Assembly: GCA_964016885.1 (NCBI GenBank)
Contig: OZ024758.1
Span: 6,200,001-6,264,000 of the forward strand
Origin: Eledone cirrhosa
Taxonomy: Eukaryota
DNA length: 64,000 nt
Reading direction: 5' to 3'
Shown here: positions 26,798-39,990 of the stretch, piece by piece
How the letters are laid out: the number at the start of each line of letters is the position of its first letter
How positions within the stretch are numbered: position 1 is the stretch's first letter
Made by a program: the position numbers and the translations under genes
Notes under the pieces: generated by a model
The model's input: the letters and a program-made list of their open reading frames with translations, nothing else
Told to the model about the DNA's origin: nothing
Databases searched by the model: none

Positions 26798-26894
<97 letters not shown>

Positions 26895-27040
26895 TGAGAG
26901 ATTATATTTATACCTATATTTTAACTATTGGTTAATCAATGATAAACGTTGATTGCCAGCTAAATTTATTATAGAAATATAAAATATACTGAAACGAAAA
27001 CTAACCCTAACCAAACAGTGAGTGTGTTTTGTTATATATT
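26620..27040. repeat. ~145-bp direct duplication (26620-26762, 26895-27040) around a (TA)n tract
   Basis: tgagaga.tatatttata.ctatattttaact...gattgccagctaaatttattatagaaat present twice. Confidence 0.85.
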
Positions 27041-27245
27041 TCTGGCAATATCATAACAACATAACCCTCCCCAAATATAACAATGATTTACATAACTAAG
27101 AGTTTTAGAAAAGAATGAATGTTACACTGTCTCTTAATTTTCTTCTAAATTTGAAATTCTAGCTAATTGATTTTTAAATATAATGTGAAAGTACAATTAC
27201 ATTTCTGTGCTTCCCTCGCGGGGCTCGCACCTGCGGGCAGTCTAC

Positions 27246-27835
27246 TTATTGTTGTTATTGTTGATGTTGTTATTGTTGTTGTTGTTGTTTTTGTTGCTGT
27301 TGATGTTGTTGTTGTTGTTGTTATTGATGACGTTGCTGTTGATGTTGTTGATGTTGTTGATGTTGTTGTTGTTGCTGTTGCTGTTGCTGTTGTTGTTGTT
27401 GTTGATGATATTGCTGATATTGTTGTTGTCGATAATTTTGTTGTTGTTGTTGTTGTTGTTGTTGTCGTCGTCGCTGCTGCTGCTGCTGCTGCTGCTGTTG
27501 TTGTTGTTGTTGTTGGTATTGATGGACTTCAATCAGTTCCGACAACAAGTGGTTCCAGTTGAATTGATCAGCTGAATAGCTTTTTCGTGAAATCAACGTA
27601 CAAATAGCTGAGCATTCTACAAACATGTGTACCCTTAACATTGTTCTTAGTGAGATTCGGTGGGACACGGTATATGGCAAGGCTGGCCGTTTGGATTATA
27701 CGTAGAGCTGTATTGACTGGAGCAATGTCTAATAAAGGGTCTTGCTAAAGGACGCCACACACCGCTGGAAATTTAACTCAGCACCTTTCGATTGAATGTA
27801 CAACACCGTTACTACTAAGCCACGCGCCTTCACAC
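27246..27835 (-). mobile_element. tRNA-derived SINE with (CAA)n tail ((TTG)n on plus, 27246-27515)
   Basis: Head ...taagccacgcgccttcac at ~27835, core gactggagcaatg...gtcttgct. Confidence 0.75.
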
Positions 27836-28499
27836 CGTATAAAGACACAACTTAATGGGGAATGTTATTTAATAAAGGAAACCTTTTGAGGCAATCGGTT
27901 ATAAATGTTTCTACTATCGCATTTATATGATAATCGGACACTCCACGAGGAACGACTGTAGGTGAGGATAGGTGCCAAATAGAAACAAGTTTGATGGTAA
28001 TAACATGTATATCGTCCGTGCTGCTCGTTTATATTGTATTATGAGAGAGATTTTCACATTGATAGCTGTATGCAGTGTTGGTGAGATGACATTAAACTGG
28101 TAGAAGATAAACGAATGTAAATATTGTTATATTTTTGAAGGTCGTGTTGCGAGTATTGCCAATAAAAAGAGCCATACACACTCTAGGATTTTCCCTTTAT
28201 CTTTATTACTAGTTTTTCGTTACGTAAATGTAAAGAATATAAATATGACATCGTTTTATCAATGATAATCCTTACAGAGGCACATACAATAAATAATGGT
28301 GGAGTCAATAAAATAGATCGAGATGCTTTGCAAAAGACATTAAAACCCAAGTATAATTTGGGAGACAAAGGAGGCCTCAGATCATCTGATAACAACACAT
28401 TTAACATCTCTTACGCTTCACTCTGTAAGCTGGTCATACTGGTATCACGACACAAAAGCACCCTGTCTATCTTGTTACGGGTTTGTTCCGGTGTTATAA

Positions 28500-28885
28500 T
28501 GAAAAACACTCATTCCACCCTGTAAAATGGATGTGGAGGTGCCACGAAAAAACTTGCCAATAGACGCTGTAATGTGGTTGGTGTTAGGAAGGGCATTGAG
28601 TTGTAGACAGCAAGCCAAAAAATAGATCCGTATCAATAATATGTAGTCATCTAACCGGCCTTGATCAGGCGAGCCTCATAACATGACAATCCGTTTAACT
28701 CACGCAAGCATGGAAACTAGAGTTAGATGGTGATGATGATGACGATGATGATGATGGTGATGATGACGACGACGACGACGACGACGATGATGCTGATGAT
28801 GATGACGATGACGATGATGATGACGATAATGATGATGATGATGATGATTATGATGATGATGATGATTATGATTATGATGATGATC
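28500..28885 (+). mobile_element. Diverged SINE/RTE-type 3' end with (GAT)n tail
   Basis: ggttggtgttaggaagggcat...cacgcaagcatggaaa...gatgatgat. Confidence 0.6.
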
Positions 28886-31738
28886 GGTTTGTAGGAGTGT
28901 CGACTATTTGAGAATATTCAAAGCTGGTCTTGATGAGAGGTTTCTTGTAGTAAAAAAAAACCCCCAAAACAATAACAACAACAAAAAACAACAAAAACAA
29001 AAAAACAAAACAGACTATTATTTATTGAAAGAACAATATAAAGAAAATACCAAAATAAATAAATACATAAATGAAAACAAAATGGTGGTTTAAATGATGC
29101 GAAACCATTCCACATCATTTACAGTGGTATTATAGTTAAGAAAGGATTTGGATATTCTAATCATTCAGCACAATTAATGTCTAAAATAGTTTAAGATATA
29201 ATACTGTATACAACTGAAGAGCAGTGATGTGTTACAGTTAAGCCCAGACGTCGAGTACAAATTATAAATAAAGACATAATAAATAGCCATAAAAAATCCA
29301 AGGATTGGCTTATGATTTACGAGTAAGGTTACAATTTTGCAGATACGTTAGTGTTCCGGATTAAATTAATTGTTTTTTCTGTTGTTTTGACAGTATTTAA
29401 TATTTTTCGTCTATGTTATCTGTGAAAATTCTGCCGTCAACATTTTTTTCTGTTAGAAATCAACAAGAGGATTACTGAATTTATGTATTTGAAGGTTATA
29501 TTAGTGATGATAGTAAAGATATTAGCTGTCTTACTTCCACACAATTGAAAATATTTTATGACAAGCTTGCTTTAGAATACACTTTAAATCATATTTATTC
29601 TTTATTCAATTAATCAATATTTGCATTGATAAAGCATTTTCTAAGATATATGATATTTCACATCGAACGAGAGGTGCCTTAACTTCAGTATTTGATATAT
29701 TCCTCAGTCTTTCAGCATAGAATATAGAATCAAATCAATTTCAATGATAACTATATTTCGATGTCAAGCTCTTTGTAAAGAAGAAATATATTATATCTGC
29801 TTAGTGGTTTCTGATTTATGCACAAGACCAACAATTTTGGGGAGGGAAAAGTCAATTAAATCGAACCCAGTGCCTTACTAATGCTTTATGTTATGGACCC
29901 CGCAAAGTATGCGTTCCCATTTGTGTATTACATTTGCGTGGGTTTATTTAAGTTTTGATGGTGGGTAGACATCCTTCTTTGCTCTTTAAACTCTGCTGTT
30001 GGTGATCGAACTTTGTGGAGAAAAATATGTCATGTTGATGAACAGTCTGCAACTGGCGGAGTTTAGCGTCACAAGAAGACGTCCTTCTGAGTTATTCTCC
30101 GTACATGTAGGAAAAAAAAGGCCTTTTGTTGTAGCCCTTGTTTCTTTTGGCAGTATCACGTTGGCTTTTCTTGCATCTGTAGCTGTCGGCTAGTTGGTTG
30201 GAGTGGTTAAAAAAGCCGCTGTGGGCTCGTTTTCTCTCCCGCAGGAGAAACAGCTTCGTAGTAGCTCGGATTTCTGCTAACCGCATTTGTTCTCATTCTT
30301 CGGACCGTAAGTTCTTCGAATGCTAAGTACATCTTCATCAGGTGTGTTCCGCTGAGAGTAAGATGAATAGAATGATAAAACAACGAAGTTTACACGGTTA
30401 AAATGGTTAGGTGTACAAAGATAGAAACAGAGAAAAATAGGAAAATTGAGCAGTAGAGTGAGATGATGGCGAAAGAAAGAGAAAAGTGATGTGCACAAAA
30501 AGTTTTATTGGGAAAGATAGCGTTAGTTAGAACTGAATAGGATAGCGAAGGAAGAAAAGTAAGTCTAACTGAATATGTATAGAAAGAGTTAAGGATTTGG
30601 GGCACATAGATAAATTCGGCTCTATATTTCAGTTGAGTTTTATGAGAAGCAGAAAGTAGAAAGCAGGTATTAAACACAAGAAAAAGGTGTATGTTTTGCA
30701 GAATGTGGAAAGAGGGAGAGAAAAAGAAAGAAAGAAAGAGAGCGAGAATGAGAGACATGAAGAAAAATGTAGAAAGAGGTGTATACTGTTAGTTGAAGGG
30801 AAATAATAGGTGGTTGTGTTGAATATAAACGATAAAATATGATAAAAATCCATTATATATTTATAATAGAATAAATATAAAGTTAAACAGAGTACAGAAT
30901 TCTGTAGACAAATTCATATTTATGATAATTCTCATTCTTCTGCAAAATACATTTCAACAATACATTTCAACAAAGGTTGGTCATGAATGGATAAAGAAAG
31001 AGGAGAAGATTACGAAATGCAGAAGCAGAAAGAATTGGATGTAAAGAATAAAAAGCGAGTAAAAAAAAAAAAAAAAAAGAAATGGAAAAAGAATGAAAAA
31101 GAGAGAAATAAGAAGAAGAAAGGAGAAAAAAATTATACAGAGGTTATAGGCATTTATATTTACAGAAGAGGGAAAACTGATGCTCAGTGTTTAAATAAAT
31201 AAAAAACAGATAACATACAAAAGAAAAAAATACATTAAAAATATTCACATGATTAAATTTCTAGATTCGAGTCTTTTACAAATATTGACAAAAAGATAAT
31301 ACACTTGTTAGTCTCCTGCGAAATATATTTGAACATCCCTGAGTTACGAAAGACATTTTGAAACTAAATTTGGTTCAGGAAGGAGAATGCTAAATATCCA
31401 TTCATACAATACTTACGGAAACGCACAAAAGGTCTAAGAATTTTACGTATGAAATGTAGACTACTTAGCTGTAGGAAGAATAAAGTTGTTTATTTTTAGG
31501 TTTAACGTCTTTTTATGTTGGTGATGACATTTCGAATTTAGCTCTTTTCTTTATTTGATTCAACAGATTTCATTGGTGCAGAAAGAGCATGATCCAGATT
31601 CCCTAGAATTCTACCACTTACTACAGTATACTAAATTTTGTGGTAACTACAAATTATAGCCTCCATTTATGGTGTGAGAAAAGTGTGAGGAAATTGATGT
31701 TACTTTTCTCAATTTGGATGAAAGAATATGTGGAATGA

Positions 31739-31895
31739 AGGCGGGAAATTGGCAGAGTCGTACGAATGTTGGATAGAATACTTTGTGGTATTCATTCCGA
31801 TTCTCTGCTCGCTGAGTTCAAATCCTGCCGAGGTCAACTTTGCCTTTCTTCCATTCGAGGTCGATAAAAAATGTACTAGACTAGTACTGGGATCG
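31739..31895 (+). mobile_element. SINE family A, old diverged copy
   Basis: B box and core retained; similar diverged copies at ~20145-20310, ~45363-45515 and ~56272-56385 (minus). Confidence 0.75.
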
Positions 31896-32637
31896 ATTCT
31901 TCCTCTATATCTCTGACTCACTTCCTCTCTCTCACTTTTTATCCTTCTCTGGGAGAAATCTGCTGTATTCAGACCTGGAAAGGGATGGGCTCTACCATGC
32001 CTTAAATGCCCAAGAAACGCTGTATATCAATACGATGACCTTACCATTCCATCAGGAGTTACGGGACAAAAGAGAGAAGAAAGAACTTGTTTATTTTCTC
32101 TCAAAAGTACGTTCCTTTAAACCTAAATAAGTTCTTTCACTTTCGTTAGCTAATTTGACTTTCGCACAGCGTATCATCGCTTTGTCTGAATAGTTGCTGT
32201 GAATTGAATATCAGTTAATATTGATCTAATTGCATAATGGTCGCTTGTTTTGCTTTTTCTATTCATGCCAGAAATTATACTTTTGATTTTCTAGTACTGT
32301 CATAGTTAACTTTTCTGGTGTTCTTGCTCAATAGGTTGTGGCACCTGTGACGAATTTAGAGGTTTCATTGTACTGGGCTTATGAAAGTTTGGACAATATT
32401 TGATGCCGTACGAAGGATCTATGGGACTGTGGGTGGGATTAAACCACCTAATATTACGTTTGTGCATTGTATTGTGGATTATATTGCATATTCTCATGGA
32501 ATCAGTTTTTGTTCAATGCTTTGTTATAATAGTCTGTGTTACGAATAACAATTTCTATATTTCATGAAACGCAGTTGATACCATGAAAGGGCGACTGGAG
32601 GACATTTTGATATTAATAACTCCATTGTTTCTTTCCA

Positions 32638-32726
32638 GGAACTATGTTGAGAAATAAACACCCATTTGGTCTTGATCATTCCATGAGAGTATCTTAGTCA
32701 GCCTATGACCTTTTCAGCCGATGAAC
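32638..32726 (-). mobile_element. Inverted copy of the 1163-1245 repeat
   Basis: cattccatgagagtatcttagtcagcctatga. Confidence 0.55.
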
Positions 32727-33020
32727 CTTTCAACCGACTCTCATAATGAAATATATTAATTTTAAATTTGCCTTCCTATGAGTGAAATGCTTGTCTCTGA
32801 TTAAGTCTAACATTCTGATTAAGTTTAAAAGATTGGCGGCGTTGAAGTTGACAAAAGTTTCAATTCTAAAGTTAAATGGTTATCAAACATTAATTATATC
32901 TCTTCTAAAGTTCTCTAACATATAGTCAATCACATGGTTGAAGATTAATTGTCCGAACTATATGAAGTTAAATTTCCTTGGTATGTAGATATATCAACCG
33001 ACAATTTTACAATATTAATA

Positions 33021-33202
33021 TAATTGTTTCTACTTTTGGCACAAGACCAGCAATTACCCAGTGCATTACTGGTACTTTATTTTATCTACCCCGTAAGGAT
33101 GAAAGGCAAAGTCAACCTCGGCGGGATTTGAAGTCAGAATGGCAAGGGCCGTAACTCTATGCGTCAAAGCATGGTGTCCGACCCTCTACCGATACTGCCA
33201 AT
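33021..33202 (-). mobile_element. SINE family A
   Basis: Consensus match. Confidence 0.9.
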
Positions 33203-33247
33203 CAATCACAATATCAATATAATATTAAATAACTCTACTCTCTACAC

Positions 33248-33727
33248 CAGGCATGGGTAACCTTTTTCGAGAAGCGGGCCGCATGGGTAACCTTTTTCGA
33301 GAAGCGGGCCGCATGGGATATGGATCATTATCATCTACTGCCTGACTACCATGTCATGCCTCAGTCTTCGTCTGATCAAATTGGAGCGTCTGCTCTACCA
33401 CTTCTTGTGGGGGGGGAGGAGTTCTACTGGTTAGACAGTCTATCTCAGGCATGGGCAAACTTTTCGAGAAACATGAGATATGGTTCATCATCAGGCGGGC
33501 TGCAAACGCTAATTTATATTCGTGCCCACATAAACAAAAGGGTGGTAACTCGGATTGTTTTGATTTGTTTCTTTGGAATTCGTACACGTTGTTTTCCTCG
33601 ATCGTAAAAATGATAGAAAGATAAATTACGACTGAAGAGTTGGGGTAAAGAAATCAGAAAGATTTCACTTAGGTGACTTAGGCGAGCCATCCAGAAAGCT
33701 TCGCGGGCCGCACGTTGCCTATGATCT
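33248..33727 (+). mobile_element. hAT-like MITE (33446-33727) preceded by a duplicated 5' end (33248-33335)
   Basis: caggcatggg(c/t)aac start twice, gcgggccgc subterminal motifs, end gttgcctatg. Confidence 0.75.
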
Positions 33728-33815
33728 ACATACGTGCTTTTTCTCCTTCAAACGTTTTCCTGTTTCTTTCTCATCTCTCTATTTTCTATCTTTTTTTCTT
33801 TTATTTCTCATTCTA

Positions 33816-33851
33816 TCTTCTAATGAAGGACTAACGTTAGATATGTTAAGA
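33816..33851 (+). ncRNA. Decayed copy of the 50191-50228 hammerhead
   Basis: tcttctaatgaaggactaacgttagatatgttaaga with shared upstream flank ttatttctcattct; core mutated. Confidence 0.45.
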
Positions 33852-33981
33852 TTTATTTCCTATTGTATATATCTGTATGTGGTTGACAGTTGAGAGAAGG
33901 GATTGCTCAATACCGAAGTAGAGTTTTATTAGTCATTAGTCATTTTATTAAGGCCAAATAGTGAGTCTTGTTTTCTGGAGC

Positions 33982-34079
33982 ATATATGCATATATATATA
34001 TATATATACACATATATATACATATATATATTTATATATACATATATATATATACATATATATATACATATATATATAC

Positions 34080-34126
<47 letters not shown>

Positions 34127-34145
34127 CATATATACATATATATAT

Positions 34146-34210
<65 letters not shown>

Positions 34211-34307
34211 ACTTCGCATTTTCTTCTTTATTAATATACTCCACCATCCTTGTTTTAGGAATGTTGCACGATGAGTGGTAGAAATGAATTGCATCCTTGT
34301 ATACCGA

Positions 34308-34372
<65 letters not shown>

Positions 34373-34395
34373 CGCGCGTTTGTGTGCTTGTGTAT
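33982..34395. repeat. (TA)n/(CA)n/(TG)n microsatellites
   Basis: Direct repeats. Confidence 0.9.
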
Positions 34396-34627
34396 GTATA
34401 CTTTTATTGTCGAGCACTATACACAAACAGGGAACATCAATGGGGAGATGTGTTTGCACCTGACACCATACATATATACTTAAGAACACTAAAGAATATT
34501 CCCATTGTTACCAGAAGCCCGTATTTAAAATGTTTTAACTGAAAGAAATGGAATGTCTTATAAAGAAATACCATTAGAAATACTATTTCTATAAAGAATG
34601 TGACAAAACAAAATCAACTGACACATT

Positions 34628-34806
34628 TAATTGTTTCTACTTTAGGCACAAGGCCAGCAATTACCCAGTGCATTACTGGTACTTTATTTTATCGACCCCG
34701 TAAGGATGAAAGGCAAAGTCAACCTCGGCGGGATTTGAACTCAGATCGTAAAGGGACGTAACTATGCTGAAAAGCATGGCGTCCGACCCTCTACTGATAC
34801 TGCCAA
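34628..34806 (-). mobile_element. SINE family A
   Basis: Consensus match. Confidence 0.9.
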
Positions 34807-35873
34807 ATGTTAAGACATTCTTTTAGGACAATAAAAGGCACCTTATGTAACAAACTATTAGGATTTTGGGAGAGGGAGAGGATGAGTGAGATAGGAGAGT
34901 GGGAGAGAAAGAGAGAGGGATAGAGAGAGAGAGTGAGTGTGTGTGTGTGAGAGAGAGTGTGGTCTCAATTTTCAACGGGACATCGAGATGGGCAACCACC
35001 CTCTGTGATCTCAAAGATGGCTTGATTTTGGTTAGGGATGAGAATGTTGATTCGCAGAAATAAATGGATTAAAATAAAATAATAAGTGATTGACAAAGAC
35101 TCATTAATTCAAATTAAACATTTTTGGAAATGTTTGCTTCCTTCAAAAGACCGCACAGAATAGCATAGAAGGTCGCAGGTTACCCATCTCTGCCCTTACT
35201 CATTGCGTGTCTTACTATCCAACAGAATATAAGCTCGAATACACCTGTGTCCTTATCTTCCCCGCCTTTTCTATTTACATTTAGTCAGCTTTACTCGTTC
35301 CTTATTTTTCACACAAACACCTTGTTCAAACGTGTTCTTACACAATAAAGCATATTCGATACAATGATACATTGATATACTATGTTAAAGGGATTTTTCC
35401 CTTCTTTCTCCATTCATTCTTTTGTCTTTTGTCCTTTTTATTAAGCTTCTATGTTTGTTTATCTTTCCCTTTCTCTCCCATTTATCTCTATGTCTTTTTA
35501 TGTACACAAAACTGTGTCTACACGTATATACATTTTATTGTTATGACGCTACATCTATTTTATTATTCGTCTTTGTTACTTTCAAGTTAATACCTTGTCA
35601 ACCATTAAATGTCTCACGTTAAATTTTTAACTGAAGTAACTCAGCATTTGCAAGCCTTGTTTTTCACTAAATATTTATTACTTATATATGCCTATAAATA
35701 ATCGAAACCATAGGTGGTCTAAACCACTGATTTCTCTCCTTTGAGGTAAATTTTACCCGACACCATCATTGACTGTATTTTGCTGTTTTAACAGCTTCCT
35801 TGCGTTGAGTTTTTCCCGTTATCCTACGAATTCAAATACACTTGTGTTTCAAACTCGATATTCGAGATAACTT

Positions 35874-35919
<46 letters not shown>

Positions 35920-36429
35920 GAAATACACACATATTCTTATGTTCGCGTCAAGGAAACAGTTCTTTTTCCCGAGGGGTCTCTTGATAAGCCGTATTAGCAT
36001 CTCAACGACGATACATTTTTATAATGAGGAGTTGTTCACGGATCGGCGAAACTGCAGTCGGGACTTTGAAGAAAGATAGGTATATTTTTGTCTAATATTT
36101 CCTCATATGCGTTCGTGTATCAAATGCGTCTGACATTTGTTCTCTTGCCAGGATGATTTCTATGTTTTAGAATCTTCTTATCTGTCCAACACAAGAGAAT
36201 TCCTGCATATATATATATCTACCACCATTATGATTCACCTTTTTGTTGATTTCTACAAGGCCTACACGTGCCAATTTGTCTCCTAGACATCTTTTATTAA
36301 TCTCACATATTTAGCCCAACATAGCCTCTTGATAAATCATCAACATCCCTGTCGTACAACAATATATCCCTTTGAAAAATATGCAGGAACACTGACTTTG
36401 AAAACTGATTATTTGTCGGATTTATGTCC

Positions 36430-36700
36430 CTATATTGACATTGTCAAGCCATCGTTTTGGCTGCCGGGCTCTGCTTCTCTTACCAGCCAACCTTCCTACC
36501 AGGCATAACCTACTCACACCACGAGTTGATCTTTTTATATGGCCGTATAATTTGAGTACTCTTGACTTGACAATTAATGTAATTGGTCTAAGTTTGGTAA
36601 TGTTGAGCAGCTCACTGATACGTTCGCTGAGCCGCTGGCCAGTTATAAGTCTCATGATGTGGTTCTGGAATGTAGAGAGCGTCTGAAGTGACCTTGTCGT
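36430..36700 (-). pseudogene. RTE-clade LINE ORF C-terminal remnant
   Basis: TFQNHIMRLITG...VKSRVLKLYGHIKR...GKRSRARQPKRWLDNV matches RTE C-terminal L.w.GHv.R...G.R.rGrp..rW.D. Confidence 0.8.
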
Positions 36701-37054
36701 CCAATTAACACAGTGAAGACCATTTACTTAGGTCGGTACAATCGACTACACGCTTTCTCACGAGATATTTGTGAAAATGTAAGAAATCAATAACGTTCTA
36801 TTTGGTGGAGAATATTGTCGATATGTCGATATAAACAACCTGTTTAACGTACAGTTACGTATTTTGTCCATCAAGGAAGAGAACAGGTGTCACCCATTGC
36901 TCTATCTCCCCTAGTTGTTTACCGATATTGGTCCGGGGTTGCTTATTCGTCCGGCTATTGCCCGCTTATATCGCAACTAGCCATCATATCTGGTGGCCCT
37001 ATCAATATCCATCTGTGACCCATTCTTTAGCAGAACAGCTATTCAATTCATTAT

Positions 37055-37505
37055 TAATGCTAACTCTTACCTATGGAATCTTGGATAATGACCAAAAGAA
37101 TACGATCGCGAATACAAGCGGCTGAAATGAAATTTCTCCGAAGGGTCTTTGGAGTAATGTTAATCGATAAAGTGCTTAGCTCGGAGATCAGAGAATCACT
37201 CCAGGTAGACCTACTTCTCCAAATTGAGAGATCACAGCTCCGATACTATGGGTCATATGGTTAGAATGTCTCAAGAAAGAATCGCTGGACATTTTTTACG
37301 GGCAAAGCCAACCGACAGAAGAATGAGAGGTAGGTCCGGAGCAAGATGGTTGGATAACATCGATGAGCTTGGCTGATCACGCTTGCGAATCCAGTCGGTT
37401 CAATTGGAGACGGTTGCTTCTGACAGGACCTGTTGGAAGGAGTGTTTGAGGACTCTGCCATATGACCCTCTCAGGAATAAGTGGGCGAAGAAGAAGAAGA
37501 AGAGA
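37055..37505 (+). pseudogene. RTE-clade LINE 3' end with (AAG)n tail
   Basis: ESWIMTKRIRSRIQAAEMKFLRR...IERSQLRYYGH..R...RWLDNI with frameshifts. Confidence 0.85.
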
Positions 37506-37532
37506 ACAACAACAATATTCATAATTAATTGT

Positions 37533-37538
37533 TTTATT
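37533..37538 (-). terminator. Candidate polyadenylation signal AATAAA
   Basis: tttatt on plus, 16 nt past the stop codon. Confidence 0.35.
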
Positions 37539-37554
37539 CCTATAATAATAATTA

Positions 37555-38544
37555 TTAACTATTTTCCTGGCAGTGTTTCCAAACGTTTCTTTTCAAAACA
37601 ACGACTTGGTTTGTGTTAGAGTCCCATTTTGTAAAGTGAGGTGCACATGTTGTATAACCCCATCGTGTTTTAAAAGGTTTGCCAAGTTTTGCTATTACTT
37701 TCTGGTTGCAGTATGCATTATTATGTTTTCTTCCAGCATTATTTCCATCTTCTGTTGTTTGATGTACTGCTATCAATGTATTAGTAACATCGATAACCGT
37801 AGCATTTAGAGAAATAGCAAAATGTACTAACCAGTTATCATAATGGACTCGTCCTATGACTAAATCTGGTAATAAGTGCCAAGGAAAGTAGCGGTTTGTT
37901 AGGAAATAGTCTATTGCAATACCTTTCATCAGAGAACCAGATTTAGCCACTTCAGTCACATTCTCAAGCCTATCGATTGTTCGACCGTCTGTGAAATTTA
38001 CATTTGTTCTTTGACCTATTATTAACAAAGGATTGTTTGTAATTCCTGCTTCACTGACCGCTACAAGAGTTTCCGTGAGGCCTTCGTTGAAAACAATATC
38101 ACTATTGGCAAAACCATAAAAATCAGAGTTTGGGAAAATATTTATAACGTCAAGGACCATTGATTTCAGTACTGGTACTTTTCCACAAGCGAATTTTGGA
38201 ATGGGTTTAATAAACCAACCGTAATGTACCAACATGTTCATGTTTTCTCTATAAGTTTCGTACATTTGCAGTATTTCAGAATCTTCCACGTAAGCAACAG
38301 GTTGTACTAGACCTGGCCATAGGGACCAAAGTTGACCAGTATTTTTGTGAACATTATGCTTTTCTATAGAACTTCTCCACGACGTTGCTAAAATTAACAA
38401 CCTTTTTTCATTTATTCTTATGGCAAGATTAAAGATATCTGTTCTACTTGTTAGGGTATCCACGTTGTAGATCCAACCGATATAATATATCATAAATAGG
38501 ATAAAGGGGAAAAAACATAATTTTAGCTGTACTCTAAAGGCCAT
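37555..38544 (-). CDS. Uncharacterised type II membrane protein, putative GT-A-fold glycosyltransferase, single coding exon
   Basis: 329-aa high-complexity ORF; N-terminal TM (FFPFILFMIYYIGWIY); FYGFANSDIVF (NxD variant of DxD), IGQRTNV, DYF, GRVHYDNWL, AVHQ motifs; splice acceptor just upstream of the ATG. Confidence 0.88.
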   Translation of the reverse strand: MAFRVQLKLCFFPFILFMIYYIGWIYNVDTLTSRTDIFNLAIRINEKRLLILATSWRSSIEKHNVHKNTGQLWSLWPGLVQPVAYVEDSEILQMYETYRENMNMLVHYGWFIKPIPKFACGKVPVLKSMVLDVINIFPNSDFYGFANSDIVFNEGLTETLVAVSEAGITNNPLLIIGQRTNVNFTDGRTIDRLENVTEVAKSGSLMKGIAIDYFLTNRYFPWHLLPDLVIGRVHYDNWLVHFAISLNATVIDVTNTLIAVHQTTEDGNNAGRKHNNAYCNQKVIAKLGKPFKTRWGYTTCAPHFTKWDSNTNQVVVLKRNVWKHCQENS

Positions 38545-38580
38545 CTGTGGTTATTACTGCATCTGAAAAAAGGATACAAA
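38545..38580 (-). other. Splice acceptor (tttgtatccttttttcag|) and 18-nt 5'UTR containing ATG-CAG-TAA
   Basis: Polypyrimidine tract plus AG ending at 38563; exon begins 38562. Confidence 0.7.
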
Positions 38581-38834
38581 ACAGAAGTAAATTAATTGTA
38601 GCAAGTAAATTTAAACGAACGAATTCTAAAGTTACGTGTAACTTGTATATCTATATAAAATACGGTTAAAAGAGATAAAAGTGACTTTTATCTTCACCCT
38701 GAAAATTTGAAATAAAAAATCGACCCTTGGAAAGATTTGAATTGGAACTATAAGCTGAAATGCATTTAGTTCAGTGCCATTTCACGATCTTATTCGAGGA
38801 ATGAAATAGAAAATTAAATGAGAGAGTGTTCAGG

Positions 38835-39139
38835 TTTCCTTGAAGTATTGTTGAATGAGAAAAATAGTCAGTTTGGAAGCCTCTACAATGCAGATGGGTA
38901 AATATGGCAACGGGAGAAGGAAAAGGAAAACAAACGTGAATCCGAAATATAGGCACTTAAAATCTTTTAAGGTACACAGATTCTGGCATTCTTTCTCTTC
39001 TTTTTCCTGTTTTCTCCTTACATCTTTTACGTTTATTTACGTTTGTTTTCCTTTTCCTTCTCCTTCTCCTATGCCACTGGATTTCGTTGCCAGAACATTT
39101 ATCCATCTGCATTGTAGAGGCTTCCAAACTGACTATTTT
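38835..39139. mobile_element. Fold-back element family P4 (arms 38861-38941 / 39035-39139)
   Basis: aaaatagtcagtttggaagcctctacaatgcagatgg is inverted; homolog at 54262-54600. Confidence 0.75.
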
Positions 39140-39709
39140 AGAAAATTAAATATGTTATGGTTGATACAGAGATGTGGAATGTTTCAAGCTGAAAAGCTAT
39201 TTTTAGGGGGAAAATGAGACTATCGGAGCCGCGATATAAACATACTTATATACGAGAAAACGTGGAATTAACTAACTTTTGTTAATCAATGTAATTCTTG
39301 GGTTCGAATCTCGTTTCAAATTGCTCCAATATCTGGATCATAATTTGTGATTTTTATTTTAATATAAAATTGCTAAATAAGTGTACCACAGAACTACTCG
39401 AGGTTCCCCCTCCCCTGGTCTAGAAGAAAGGTGAAACACTGCCAGAGTGCAAATGAAATATCTTGTATTACTTGACCTGTGATCTAACATTCAGTAAACA
39501 CTGACAACATTCTGAAAATATTAATAACTTCCTAATATGGTGTAAACTCTCAGAATAACATTGGCTACATGCTACGTAGCTGAGAAAAATGGATATCTGG
39601 ATATCTGCTACAGGCCAGATCTACATACGAGATCCAAAGACACTATTCTTTAAGTAATTTCCGGTATATAAATTATTGTTTCAAGCAAATTAACTGGAAT
39701 AAACTTTAC

Positions 39710-39746
39710 CTGTTGGCTGATATCATGAAGGATGCTGCCAGTAAAG
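39710..39746 (-). other. Candidate 37-nt 5'UTR exon of the glycosyltransferase gene
   Basis: cttttatttttcag|ctttac...aacag|gtaaag. Confidence 0.55.
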
Positions 39747-39812
39747 CTGAAAAATAAAAGATATTTGATGAAAGATATGTATTATATCGATATCAACGGT
39801 GGATTGGCATGA

Positions 39813-39990
39813 GGGTGGTGGATTGGCAGTAGAGAGTTGGACGCCATGCTTTGACGCATAGAGTTATGCCATTCTGAGTTCAAATCCCACTGATATTAAC
39901 TTTGCCTTTCATCCTTACGGGGTCGATAAAATAAAGTACCAGTAATGCACTGGGTAATTGCTGGCCTTGTGCCCAAAGTATAAACAATTA
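39813..39990 (+). mobile_element. SINE family A
   Basis: Consensus match. Confidence 0.88.

Noticed and set aside
27167-27680. Poly-V/L/N/Q ORFs
   Set aside because: SINE (CAA)n tail
30300-30347. Minus-strand CTGATGA-agatg...cattc-GAAG
   Set aside because: GAAA, stem III and stem I are not satisfied
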